The notes under the pieces: generated by a model
Seen by the model: the letters and a program-made list of their open reading frames with translations, nothing else
Told to the model about the DNA's origin: nothing
Databases searched by the model: none
From: a virus
Lineage: Duplodnaviria; Caudoviricetes
DNA length: 64,000 nt
Strand: one strand, 5' to 3'
IMG/VR virus record: IMGVR_UViG_3300012344_000017
Span: 32,001 to 96,000 of that record
Made by a program: the position numbers and the translations under genes
Part shown: in pieces, positions 38,219 through 48,661 of the stretch
Numbering within the stretch: position 1 is the stretch's first letter
Layout of the letters: each line of letters starts with the position of its first letter

Positions 38219-40129
38219 TTAATCATCGAATAATGTTAACTGACGATTGATGAACTCACTAACAATCTTGTTAGCTTTACCAATATAATATTGATAGTTT
38301 ATCCATTTGCCAGCTGTATCGCTGTTAATAATGTTGTTAATAATACGAACTCCACAGTCAGTTATTTTTGCTTCTTTGCGAGGTTCGTATTCTTTTTCTT
38401 TAACACGCATTAGGTAACAGCCGCTATTTGACGCGTAATATCTGTTAATCCTTTGAACAGGTTTACCGCCATGTTCAACTTTAAACTCCCTGTTTACGCC
38501 TTGAGACATTAGGAAGTCACGGATATCTCTATCCTCCTTAACAAATTTGTCTATCGGTTGTTTTGCCAAAAAATAGTTTATCACAGCTTTTGGAATAACA
38601 ACTGGTGTCATACTATTGTTAAGACCTATTTCTGTGATAAACCTGCCTTTCTTTTCTATCAGTCCTGGGTCTCTAGATTGAGAGTATCCCTTGCGAATTC
38701 CAAAGTAATTATTCACGTCGTACTGATAAAACGACTCATAGTCATCGGATTCAAAGGTAAGCTGAGTTAGTTGCTCAACGCTCCTAATTGCATCGACTAT
38801 AGCGAAGCGGGCGGACTCGTCAGCAATATAAACGACACCATCTGTGTTGACTTGTACAATCTCACAATTCAACGCAATAAGCTTATCTACTAGCATTAAT
38901 AGTATAAGTTGTCCATTTATACGTATTTTGTATATGCTAAGCGGATCATACGCCCAGCTACCTTCTTGTTGCATCTTTCCGGTAAGAGCATTGAGAGCCT
39001 GTTTAAACGCCTTAGACTTCAATTTCTCTCCACTATGTTTGGCAGTAATCCTCTCTTCGTATAGAGATTTATACACATTCCAAAAATCTTCTCCCAAGTG
39101 GGCAGGCAGCCATTTGTGTATGAGTGCCAATGACGGATACATTGAAGTAACGTCTGAGTGTCCTATAAATTGTCCATCTTTGGGTTTGTATATTCTAGGT
39201 TCGTTAATAGTGTGTATGCCACCCTCACCTATAGAATAGCAATTGTTCGAGAGAACAAACTTCTTCTCGTAGTTTTCTTGTTTCTTGTCGGACTTACATG
39301 GATTGCATGTAGCGTTCTTTACATCCACCAAGACTTCTTTCAACTTTGGATTAGAATATTGTATAAATGGAAGTATAATGTCTTTTAAATGAATATCCCC
39401 GACCTTTCGAGTAATTGCTTTAAGCTCGTCTTTAGACGCTTTGTTGTACTTTCTGTACTCTTTAAGCAATATCTCCTCTCCAAATCGTACTCCACTCATA
39501 GAAAGAGCGTCAAACCCCCATTCTGTTTCTACAGTCAATCGTAGTTCTACTTCGTCTTTTACCTTATTAAGTAAAGCTTCAGTAGCTTCTACGTCGTTGA
39601 CATTGTATGCTATCATGTCGTCAATCTCCTCATTGAGGAGTCTAGAGTCGAAGTCTCCATTAAACTCTTGTACATTTGGCATATTTAACAAGATTTCAAT
39701 TTCCTTAAGACTCTTCTGTTGTTTAGAACTATATAGCATAGTCATAAGGTCGAAAGAATAAAAGTAATTCGCATACTTATATTCTTTAATCCTATCAATT
39801 TTTTCTGTTCTCTCTGAACTTATAATTTCTTTACTCAAAAAGTATAAAGAATTACAAATACGAAGATAACCTAACCGCTTCATAGTACCACAAAATCGTA
39901 TCATGTAGTTTATTATTATGTCATCATAATGCTTATTGTTATATCCACATATGACGTGTTCTACTCTTTTGCAGTAAAAGAAGTCAACTAGCTCTTCTAG
40001 TTGATTTTTTCGGTTAGATATCTCGAATTTATATAGTTTATGACTTTCGGAATCTTTACAAGTACAATGAAAACAGTTAGGAAAAACCTCTATGTCATAC
40101 AGAACTACTGGTCTATCCTTTACTATCAT
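38219..40129 (-). CDS. polB: Family B DNA polymerase
   Basis: YDIE exonuclease, GYNNKHYD, SDVTSMYPS, KQALNALTG, NTDG. Start set to MIVKDR at 40129 because the track extension lies in an RNA stem. Confidence 0.93.
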   Translation of the reverse strand: MIVKDRPVVLYDIEVFPNCFHCTCKDSESHKLYKFEISNRKNQLEELVDFFYCKRVEHVICGYNNKHYDDIIINYMIRFCGTMKRLGYLRICNSLYFLSKEIISSERTEKIDRIKEYKYANYFYSFDLMTMLYSSKQQKSLKEIEILLNMPNVQEFNGDFDSRLLNEEIDDMIAYNVNDVEATEALLNKVKDEVELRLTVETEWGFDALSMSGVRFGEEILLKEYRKYNKASKDELKAITRKVGDIHLKDIILPFIQYSNPKLKEVLVDVKNATCNPCKSDKKQENYEKKFVLSNNCYSIGEGGIHTINEPRIYKPKDGQFIGHSDVTSMYPSLALIHKWLPAHLGEDFWNVYKSLYEERITAKHSGEKLKSKAFKQALNALTGKMQQEGSWAYDPLSIYKIRINGQLILLMLVDKLIALNCEIVQVNTDGVVYIADESARFAIVDAIRSVEQLTQLTFESDDYESFYQYDVNNYFGIRKGYSQSRDPGLIEKKGRFITEIGLNNSMTPVVIPKAVINYFLAKQPIDKFVKEDRDIRDFLMSQGVNREFKVEHGGKPVQRINRYYASNSGCYLMRVKEKEYEPRKEAKITDCGVRIINNIINSDTAGKWINYQYYIGKANKIVSEFINRQLTLFDD

Positions 40130-40132
40130 AGT

Positions 40133-40184
40133 CCCTAGTGAGGGTTTGCACCTCGCAGTCATATCCTTTTGGAGCACACTAGGG
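40133..40184 (-). ncRNA. Mini tRNA-like element directly upstream of polB
   Basis: CCCTAG..TCC-AAAA-GGA..GAGG-TGCAAAC-CCTC A CTAGGG; ends 3 nt before the ATG. Confidence 0.45.
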
Positions 40185-40223
40185 TAACCACTGGTGTCGT
40201 GGTCGATTTTTTAAAAGACTAGA

Positions 40224-40886
40224 TTATGCTGCTATTCGCATTTGTTTATCTGCATTTGGCAGCAGTATTCGTCCAGTCTTTCTGCGATGGTCTCGCAAGT
40301 TTGTACAAACAAGATTTCCACGTTTTGCTTTTACCTTATTTGTTTCCTTGCGAGCCATTTTAATGACTTTACTGTGTTCTGGAAGATTGTTTACTCCTCC
40401 ATACTTTACAGTATCACCATTGTCTTTTATCTGAGCAATTTCTTGCTCTTGAAACTTCTCCTCGGATGATTTAAATCGTCCAATGAGATGTAGTTTGTCA
40501 TACTTAGCGACGATCAGGTCTCTAATATGTTCCTCTGCCGTATTCTTTTGCTCTTCCCATACTGGGAATTGCTGCGCGTAGAAGAGGTCATCTTTCTGTA
40601 CAGGACACGGGTGTTTATGTTCCCACTTTTGCAACTTGTGTTGCACATATCCTTCCATAAGCTCAATCCGGTTAAGCTTCTTACTCTTTGTGCGAGATTC
40701 AATTGTGTTTGAATCACGTTTGAGCAATAAGAACCAAGGTCTCTTACGCTTAAGGCCATGTATATTATGTTCTTTACAGAACTTGTGAGTTGTACCATGA
40801 TGCTTATCAAATTCATCAAGCCATGCCCATTTGATTTTACGGTACTCGCTAACATAGTCTTCCAAATATTGATTATCTGTTTTCAT
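40224..40886 (-). CDS. Hypothetical basic protein
   Basis: 220 aa ORF ending MRIAA. Confidence 0.75.
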   Translation of the reverse strand: MKTDNQYLEDYVSEYRKIKWAWLDEFDKHHGTTHKFCKEHNIHGLKRKRPWFLLLKRDSNTIESRTKSKKLNRIELMEGYVQHKLQKWEHKHPCPVQKDDLFYAQQFPVWEEQKNTAEEHIRDLIVAKYDKLHLIGRFKSSEEKFQEQEIAQIKDNGDTVKYGGVNNLPEHSKVIKMARKETNKVKAKRGNLVCTNLRDHRRKTGRILLPNADKQMRIAA

Positions 40887-40903
40887 AACGTATATTTTTT
40901 AAA

Positions 40904-41890
40904 TTAAGCTGCTTGTTTAACTGACTTTGGTTTAATTTCCTTTACTTGCGTAGGCTTCTTGTTTACAGGTTTGGCTGCATGCTTAAGAGCTCTACGAGCC
41001 TTTCGCCCAGCAGCTTTACTACCATGGCGGAATTCATGCGTAGCTTCTTCTTCTTTCTTCTTAGCGGTCTGCTTTGCACGACGAAGATTATAGAAGTTTA
41101 CATTACGAACCTTAGAGCATTCTACGCTATGGGGAGATCCACCTTTCTTAGGCTTCTTTGTTTTAATTGACTCAATGGGCACGCCAGCAGCATCAAATGG
41201 ATTTACTCCATCTGTACGATACTGATAAAACGTAGCGTTACCTATGAGCTCACGAAGCTTCTCTATTGCACTCTTAGGAACACCTTTAAAGAATGCTGTA
41301 GAGTTTGTAATACTTGCAGCCTTAATACCACAATCCTTTACGATCTTCTCAATCTCCTTACGTTTCTTGAGAGCTGCGTCACAGACTACAACGACATCAT
41401 AGACTGTAGCTGAGTTCCACTGTTTCTTAGCAGCGTCTACAACCTTCTTAGTTGTAGCCTCATCAAGTTTCATTCGAGAACAACGACGTGTAATAGAAGC
41501 AATGTGACGAGCTTCTGCTGTCTTACGACGCTCCTCCTGCTTCTTCTTACGCTCCTCTAGAGTCATTTTAACGACTGCTGGAGCCTTTGTCTTCTTGGAG
41601 TCGATCAACTTATCCATAATGCTCTTTTTACGAGCTTTACGGGTCTCTATGCGAGCCTTAGAGGCTGCGTATTTTTTCTCCTCCTTGAGCTTCTTAGCTT
41701 CTTTCTTAGCAGCTTTAAGCTCAGCGTTCTTCTTGGCTTTCTCTTTGTCAGCCTCGCGACGCTTCTGAATGTTCTCTACTGTATTGTTAGCAGACTTAGA
41801 CTCTTCCTTCTTAGCTGCCTCAGCCTTTGCTGGTGTATTATTTATCTTAGCTTGAACCTTCTTCTGGTTCTTCTTATTCTTCTTTGACAT
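40904..41890 (-). CDS. Lys/Ala-rich basic protein, putative nucleic-acid binder
   Basis: 328 aa, very K/A-rich, ends VKQAA. Confidence 0.75.
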   Translation of the reverse strand: MSKKNKKNQKKVQAKINNTPAKAEAAKKEESKSANNTVENIQKRREADKEKAKKNAELKAAKKEAKKLKEEKKYAASKARIETRKARKKSIMDKLIDSKKTKAPAVVKMTLEERKKKQEERRKTAEARHIASITRRCSRMKLDEATTKKVVDAAKKQWNSATVYDVVVVCDAALKKRKEIEKIVKDCGIKAASITNSTAFFKGVPKSAIEKLRELIGNATFYQYRTDGVNPFDAAGVPIESIKTKKPKKGGSPHSVECSKVRNVNFYNLRRAKQTAKKKEEEATHEFRHGSKAAGRKARRALKHAAKPVNKKPTQVKEIKPKSVKQAA

Positions 41891-41949
41891 AATTTTGATA
41901 ATTAAATGTGTTAATAATGTTATTTTTAAGGCAAGGGATTCCTTATTGT

Positions 41950-42002
41950 AGTTCGTGTAAGTCTCGATCTTACTCCTCTCGGCGACCCAAATGTCTCGAA
42001 CT
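41950..42002 (-). ncRNA. Mini tRNA-like element
   Basis: AGTTCG AGACATTTGG GTCG CC-GAGA-GG A GTAAG-ATCGAGA-CTTAC A CGAACT. Confidence 0.45.
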
Positions 42003-42011
42003 TATTGTAGT

Positions 42012-42560
42012 TTATATAGCCATATCCTGCTCGAACTTACTTACAATATCACCAGTAATCTCAATAGAAGTCTCGTTATTAAACTTCTCAAGATTAGCGT
42101 CGTACTTATTTGCTAGTAGTTGATGCTCATGGATAAGCTGCGCAATCTTTGCTGATGAGAAAATCTCACGCTTAGGCATCGCCTTTAATCCCTTCTTTGC
42201 CTTAGTTGATGGATCAAGTGTCTTGATCATCTTAAGTTGAGCGATAGCCTCCTTAGCCTCACAGGCTGCAAAGATACTATAATTATTTGTCTTCTTAAAG
42301 CCCTCATAAGAGAACGTTGTAGTACCTGTATTAAGAGCCAACAAAATACCCTTAATTATAATACGCTTCTCACTAAGCTGGATAATCTGATTATACAAGC
42401 TCTTGAGATCTAAGCCAGAACCCTGTTTAGCTGCTACGGCCTTCTTTGCCATAAGGTTCTCTGCTCGAATAATTCGCCAATACTTGTTAATAGTTGTGTC
42501 AAGATTCTTGCGAATAGTAATAATATTTGCTGAGTTCAATTTAATTGATTTCTTATTCAT
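42012..42560 (-). CDS. Hypothetical helical protein
   Basis: 182 aa ORF. Confidence 0.75.
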   Translation of the reverse strand: MNKKSIKLNSANIITIRKNLDTTINKYWRIIRAENLMAKKAVAAKQGSGLDLKSLYNQIIQLSEKRIIIKGILLALNTGTTTFSYEGFKKTNNYSIFAACEAKEAIAQLKMIKTLDPSTKAKKGLKAMPKREIFSSAKIAQLIHEHQLLANKYDANLEKFNNETSIEITGDIVSKFEQDMAI

Positions 42561-42840
42561 ATAGTTTGATTAAAATTAAACAATTACTTGAATCCAGCCA
42601 TTTGCCTAGTTCTACAGTTATAAGTTAATATAAAAGTAGATAAAGTGATCCCTTGGTAGTCAAACCCCTCGGGGTTCGACCACCTATTCCCCTCGGGGAA
42701 TGTTTTAGAGATGCACTTTAAAAATGATTCTTTATGATTTTTAATACACTGTTGTATGTTCTATACAAGTCTACCCATTCATGAAATGCATAATTGTCGG
42801 CGCACCGATTCATATACCATTCCCTCGGGAATGTTTCTGT

Positions 42841-43428
42841 TTATGGATAAACTCGTTTAGCTCCTACAATACCATACTCAATCTCAATAAGAGGATCACC
42901 TACACAGTCCTTAAAAGAAAGGACTTTCTTTTTACTTCCGTTGATGTTGATCACAAGATTCTCTGGATAATTACGTTCTGCGTTAAGCCTTGGCCCTTGC
43001 ACCCGGGACCCCTCGGGGTCCGCTCCTACGCCATCAGTAATTTTAGATTTCTGAGCAACCTTGGTAGCAACATCATACAGACGTCCTACGACCCAGTCAT
43101 AAGATTTCTCCTTGACTGCTTTCATCACGATTTCTCGTGATAATCCTTCGATAATAGCGGTTTGGTTTACGCCAGTCGAAAGATTCACTAGTGCTTCCCA
43201 TACCTTGAGAGCAAAGTCTACAAATGATACGGTTCGCTGACAACCAATAAGTTTGTTCCACCATTGAACTTTGGTTTCGCCAAGAATGACGTCACCATTG
43301 TCCATAATAGTGTACATTTTATACTTATCAATGTGATCGAGTTTCTCGAACACTGTTGCCTTAATCTGAGGTTCTAAGAGCAACATACCTACCAGCTTCT
43401 TGCTCTTTTCAGACAAGATAGCTTCCAT
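42841..43428 (-). CDS. Hypothetical protein
   Basis: 195 aa ORF. Confidence 0.7.
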   Translation of the reverse strand: MEAILSEKSKKLVGMLLLEPQIKATVFEKLDHIDKYKMYTIMDNGDVILGETKVQWWNKLIGCQRTVSFVDFALKVWEALVNLSTGVNQTAIIEGLSREIVMKAVKEKSYDWVVGRLYDVATKVAQKSKITDGVGADPEGSRVQGPRLNAERNYPENLVININGSKKKVLSFKDCVGDPLIEIEYGIVGAKRVYP

Positions 43429-43432
43429 AGGT

Positions 43433-44038
43433 CTATGCTGTTACATTAACCTTAACGGATACCTCAGCCTGTGGCTTAGACTTCTCCTTCTCGTCGAAGT
43501 ATGTAGCTACCTTGTTTTCGTTTGCGCTAATGGCAGAAACACACTGAGCTTTTGCCTTGTTACACATCTCGATAATTGCATCGAGACGGGCAATCTCTGC
43601 ACGATTGAGCTGGTTCATCAACAAGCCCATCTTCTTAGGATCAGAGAAGACCATCTTCTTCTCAGGGTTCTTCATAGCCTCACGTACAGCCTCTTCAGTT
43701 GTCTTACCGAAGCTGCTAAGTGTTGCTGCTGGAACCTCGATCTCAAGATCTGTCTCTGGATTAATCTTAAGCACAACTTCACCTGCGATATTCTCAGTCA
43801 CTCGCATGTCTGTCACTGTTGTAGAGAAGACACTGAAGCGACGAGGAGAACGATTGAGACATAAGTCTGCATCTCCACTTGCATGAATGTTAGCTATGAT
43901 CTTCTCATAGTCCTGGTTGAATACACGGGTCTGAGGAGTAAATACATCCTGACCGAAAAGATTACCACCGATCTGACTCAGTGGGGTACGATTTGCTTTA
44001 ACTGTTGTTTCCACGATGTTTACATTAACGTTTTCCAT
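43433..44038 (-). CDS. Hypothetical protein (TAG used as stop)
   Basis: 201 aa; the TAG stop lies 4 nt before the next ATG. Confidence 0.75.
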   Translation of the reverse strand: MENVNVNIVETTVKANRTPLSQIGGNLFGQDVFTPQTRVFNQDYEKIIANIHASGDADLCLNRSPRRFSVFSTTVTDMRVTENIAGEVVLKINPETDLEIEVPAATLSSFGKTTEEAVREAMKNPEKKMVFSDPKKMGLLMNQLNRAEIARLDAIIEMCNKAKAQCVSAISANENKVATYFDEKEKSKPQAEVSVKVNVTA

Positions 44039-44044
44039 ATTAAA

Positions 44045-46185
44045 TCATATCCTTTTTGATATCGTTATTGATTAACTAACGATATGATTATTAACTATGA
44101 CGTATTCTTTGGCCACGTCTTTGCCGTTGTTATTGATTAAGCAACGCTGATACGTAGATACTCGATGCTTGGTATTGTTTTCACAAAGACAGTTCTACTA
44201 TTGTAGACGCTTTAATACAGACTTAGTTACACTCTTCCTATCCCAACAATTGGAGGATAGGCTTGTAACGGGAACTACATACGTATGATGTAGTTAGCAT
44301 TTACTGGATTCATCCAGGCCCATCGTCTAAAGCTTTGAATGCTGTCTTGACATAATCAAATGTCATATGTATGTTTGTTTTGCAGTACTTCTGCTTATAG
44401 ATTTTTCTAACTATAATATCCCTAACCTCGTTGGCAGAATTTCCTTTCGGACTAGTGTTCGTAGAAATTAGAGAATATAAACCAACAAAAAGAGATGTAG
44501 TATTTTCGGTCGTATTTCCCTTACTATACAACGAATATAAACTACAGGTTGTCGATTAAACGCAGATTTCCTCAGCTAATAAGTTTTAAAAGCGCCTAAC
44601 TTATCGAAATGACTCCTCTCTGCGGTACTCGGCTTTTGACATGTACCCAGTGGTTGGTTATCGGAATGTCTCAGGATCAAACCCTTCTCAGACTTTACGG
44701 CTTTTTACATCTTTGCTGATGTTTGTAATTTTATTGTACCGGTATTACTACCTCCTATTTATAGTGCACGAATATTAGGAATTCAACCCATACATTTCAT
44801 CTTGTCACCCACTTATAAACGTAATATATATGTATAGAGACAGTATACACATATAATATACACAGTCGTTTTTACAACATTGAATATAAGCTGCCCATCA
44901 ATTTCTTGTATTGCTTTGAACCTTTGTGTTTACATATACTGTTGCGCAGTATATTTTAGCATGGTTTAGCATATCGGTTGGCACTCGAACTTTCCAGGAG
45001 GGGCCTTCAATACAACAGAAGCGTAGTTCCCATCTGGAGGACATCAATTTTTATTAAACATGTTTGTTTTGGATACTACTAAATTTCCATAATTTATATC
45101 TCTATGTATATACTATATGCATACATAATATGCCAGTTTACTACCCTGTAGAGACTATGTAATATTATATAATAACATACAAATAAACTATTAGTTTAGT
45201 TTCTCTCTGGATCAAGTGGAGGTCAAATGGCTCTGGATGAGCATATCTCGAATCGACTTAAACCTAATTCTTTTACCATTTCTTATTCTAGGATAGTTCT
45301 CCATCAATTTTCTTTGGCTATAACGAAGCCATCGATCATAACCTCGTAAGTTATTTAGTTCTTACGGGATACATACTTTTCATCATCGCTTACCATGATT
45401 ATTATATGTTGAAATAGACTTTCACCGCGGTCTTCATCCGCGTACGATACTTCTAATAAAGCTTCGATTAAGGGGTTGCCCTACCCTTGCGCTTGTTTTA
45501 CTTTTATATACCGCATAAATAAGCAAAGCCTGGCGGTCACAATCAGACACTTCTACCCCATCCCTGGCACCCCTTCAACGGAGTTGTACTGAATCGAACA
45601 GTAAGGTTTTGGTATAGTCAGCAAACTCATTTAGTTTACTCTGTGTGGTATTATCCCCACAGTATAGATGCATTACTTCGGCCCTTGTATTACCCTTGGA
45701 CAGGTAAAAGCACTACCTACAGCTATTGATACTACTATTCGCTTTGGAGTCCTCGGTTCTTCCAGTATCATGCACCATACCATGTATGCAATTCTGTTCA
45801 CCTACTGGGGACGCAAATAGTTGTTTCTCGTGTAACGTTCGTGTATATTTAGTATCATCACATACAATTCCGATACGGTTCATTATGCCCTTCTTGGGAC
45901 TTATGCGTTTTTGAACTTTATAACTTCACCCTGCTTATCTCCAATACGGTTCTCATAAGTCCAGTTATATATTCCTAGGAGTTGATACAACGCTTCTCCT
46001 ACTTGTAGCAAACTTTTCAATGCTTGATACATTTCATCCTACCTTTTGAGTAATCTTGCTCTGCAAGACAGAGTTAACATATTCTCGGATCAAGTTCTTT
46101 TCGTACACAGGCTAATGAGACCTGCTATATGTACTTAGCTGAGTTAAGTATGGTAGGTTCTTATGTTTACTACCATACCTCAGAG
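44045..46185 (-). ncRNA. Candidate large structured non-coding RNA (~2.1 kb)
   Basis: No credible ORF; many inverted repeats, repeated short motifs and a T-loop module at 45581-45628. Strand inferred from flanking genes and T-loop orientation. Confidence 0.6.
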
Positions 46186-46186
46186 G

Positions 46187-46543
46187 TTATTCACTTACTT
46201 TGTGCACATTGTAAGCGTAATCTACACTGTCTCCCTCAACAGGTGTAGCAATGTAAAGAAGTGGTAAAGACGAGATACCATTCTTCTCTACAATTTTAGT
46301 TTTAATTACAGTCTTTACAGTCTGCGATTGATGGTTACAAGGTACAGGTACTGTGTCATGTACTGTATCAGGATTAGCTCTATTCATATTATTGTTGAGT
46401 ATTGAACTCAACGGTAGTTGCGGAACGGTAGATGCTGCTACCGTTTGCAGATTCGTTGGAGGCATATAACCTGCCATGTTAGCTATATTGGAACCAACAA
46501 TGACAAACGCTATCGCCAACAATGATGTAACTAAATTTTTCAT
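46187..46543 (-). CDS. Hypothetical secreted/membrane protein
   Basis: Signal-peptide-like N-terminus MKNLVTSLLAIAFVIVGS. Confidence 0.7.
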   Translation of the reverse strand: MKNLVTSLLAIAFVIVGSNIANMAGYMPPTNLQTVAASTVPQLPLSSILNNNMNRANPDTVHDTVPVPCNHQSQTVKTVIKTKIVEKNGISSLPLLYIATPVEGDSVDYAYNVHKVSE

Positions 46544-46646
46544 ACTTTGATAGTTATTACTTAGTTTTGTTCACTTTGCCACTTGATATCAAGTACTTTT
46601 TTTACTCGACCAACTAGTCGTGAACCAGCTTTCTTAATTGGTCGAA

Positions 46647-48182
46647 TTATTTTTTTTCGACCTTAGACTTAGCCTTGCCCTTAGCAGCTTTCTTGGCATC
46701 CTCCTTAGCCTTCTTCTCGGCAGCCTTCTTAGCCTCCTCAGCAGCGGCATCGTTCTCAGCCTTGATCTCCTCATCAGTCTTGAACTCAAGATCAATGATG
46801 TTGCTCTTAGCAACTCCGGCGATAGGGTCTGAAGGATTACGGAAAAGATTAGAGATTACACCAGCATACTGAGTACAGTTAGCAAGCATAGAATCAATCT
46901 TAACCTTAGCCATCATTTCAGGTGTTACGTCGTTATAGAATGCGCGTTTGATAGAGATGACAGTCTTCTTAGCGAAATTATCACCAGCCTTGAACTTTTC
47001 GCTCAAGTTAGAAACAAAGTCAGAAGGAGCATTGGAAATGCAAGCGAGTACACGCTCAGCATACTTAATGTTCTTCTCACCAGTCTCAATGTGAGGCTTA
47101 ACGCGATCTTTCTCAGGAAGCTTATTTTCCTCATCAATGAGCATCTTACCCTTAGCGTATACCTCATCAGCAGCGATTGACACGATGCACTTAATTACAT
47201 CAGCAATCTCATCTTCAGAATACTTGCACTTACCGGTCTTCTTATCTGTACTATGTGCATAAAGCTCACAGAATGCAGATACTGGAGATCCGGACGCAGC
47301 GGTAACGTTGAATAAGTGAGCGCCAAGACCGTACACAAGTGTGCCGGTACGACCTGTAAGGCTAACAATCTTGCGAAAGGTTTCAGCCTTAGTCATATTC
47401 TTAATAGACTCAAGTTCGGCTTTTGCGTTATCCAAAGCTTGTTCGGCCTTAGCCTTGTATTCCTTATCACTAGTATTCTTCAGGGTTTCTTCTGCAGCAT
47501 CAATCTTACGATTAGCTGAGACCTGAGCCCATGCACTATAGAAAGAAATACACTTACTAACGCTATCCATCAGCTTAGAATCATTGTTAAGAGCTAAGAA
47601 GCTAGAAAGAGCTGTCTTCAATTCCTCCTCGTCCTTGATCTTTGTAGGATCATAGATTTTGCCAGCTGTTTTATTCAACGTCTCAGCATCCTTTGTGAGA
47701 CTATCCTTCGTCTCTTCGGATACCTCAACTGCGGTTGCAGGTACAGACACGGCCTCGTCACCATTTTCAGCAGGAGATGCTGTAAGAAGCTTAGTTTCGT
47801 CAAGAGTAATACCAAGCTCTGTACAAGCTTCCTTGAATTCTGGAAGTGCAGCCTTACGCAGTGTAATAGCGAAGTCGCTATTACCAGAATTAATCTCATT
47901 AGCGTAGACTGTAACCATACCGAGGAAGTTAATATGATTCATTTTGTCAACACTCTCAGGAGAGAGTCCTGTATGTTCAGCTGCGTTAGGATCAAGGAAA
48001 CAGCGCTCGTGAACCATCTTCAAGAGATCTACTTGATGATTACGATCCATTGAGCTTTTACCCAATGTTGTGCTCATCATTGCATCTAGAGCAGACTGGT
48101 TTGCATTTACCTGAACCTGCATATTCTCTTGATTATTTACCTGTGCAGGCTTAACCTGCGCATTTTTATTCTTTTTAGCCAT
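46647..48182 (-). CDS. Hypothetical protein (511 aa, K/A-rich tail)
   Basis: Long ORF with a TTATCAAAATG leader. Confidence 0.8.
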   Translation of the reverse strand: MAKKNKNAQVKPAQVNNQENMQVQVNANQSALDAMMSTTLGKSSMDRNHQVDLLKMVHERCFLDPNAAEHTGLSPESVDKMNHINFLGMVTVYANEINSGNSDFAITLRKAALPEFKEACTELGITLDETKLLTASPAENGDEAVSVPATAVEVSEETKDSLTKDAETLNKTAGKIYDPTKIKDEEELKTALSSFLALNNDSKLMDSVSKCISFYSAWAQVSANRKIDAAEETLKNTSDKEYKAKAEQALDNAKAELESIKNMTKAETFRKIVSLTGRTGTLVYGLGAHLFNVTAASGSPVSAFCELYAHSTDKKTGKCKYSEDEIADVIKCIVSIAADEVYAKGKMLIDEENKLPEKDRVKPHIETGEKNIKYAERVLACISNAPSDFVSNLSEKFKAGDNFAKKTVISIKRAFYNDVTPEMMAKVKIDSMLANCTQYAGVISNLFRNPSDPIAGVAKSNIIDLEFKTDEEIKAENDAAAEEAKKAAEKKAKEDAKKAAKGKAKSKVEKK

Positions 48183-48260
48183 TTTGATAATGTTTTAAAT
48201 TGTTTGTTACTTGTGGATTACCCACGTTAATAAATACTTTCTTGGACAACTAAAATAAGT

Positions 48261-48659
48261 TCAACTTGTGTCGAACATAAAATTCGTTTTTAATCCTTCA
48301 AGTTGTGGTGGCTGCGTGAGCACAGATATATGCTCATCTTCACCAAAGTTAATACTAGCGGTAGTATCTACAGCTACTGAATCCTTACCTGCTGGTTTTG
48401 TCTCAACAGATGTACCAGCGCCCTCTGAGGGTTCCAAAGCCTGAAATGAGCACGTTGGTGCCAGCATGGGAGCAGGAGTAGAATCAATAACGCTAGATTC
48501 ACTTTTATGGTCAGCAAAGGCAGAGCTGACCATTTTGCAACCAGTAAAACCTCCAAGAAGGCTTACAAGAAGGATCCAGAATAGCTTATTGCTCTTATTG
48601 TATCGGGCAAAACCCAATGCGCAAGCAATACATCCGAAGATCATTAAAAGTGAAGTCAT
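48261..48659 (-). CDS. Membrane protein immediately downstream of the sigma gene (possible anti-sigma)
   Basis: Two N-terminal hydrophobic segments; starts 2 nt after the sigma stop. Confidence 0.6.
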   Translation of the reverse strand: MTSLLMIFGCIACALGFARYNKSNKLFWILLVSLLGGFTGCKMVSSAFADHKSESSVIDSTPAPMLAPTCSFQALEPSEGAGTSVETKPAGKDSVAVDTTASINFGEDEHISVLTQPPQLEGLKTNFMFDTS

Positions 48660-48661
48660 TG

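Noticed and set aside
38219-40129. Intein or intron in polB, dnaB or primase
   Set aside because: The ORFs are continuous and of ordinary length, with no splicing motifs seen.
44310-45914. Track ORFs 44310-44531 and 45726-45914 as genes
   Set aside because: Short, non-ATG starts, no protein-like features, and they overlap hairpins.
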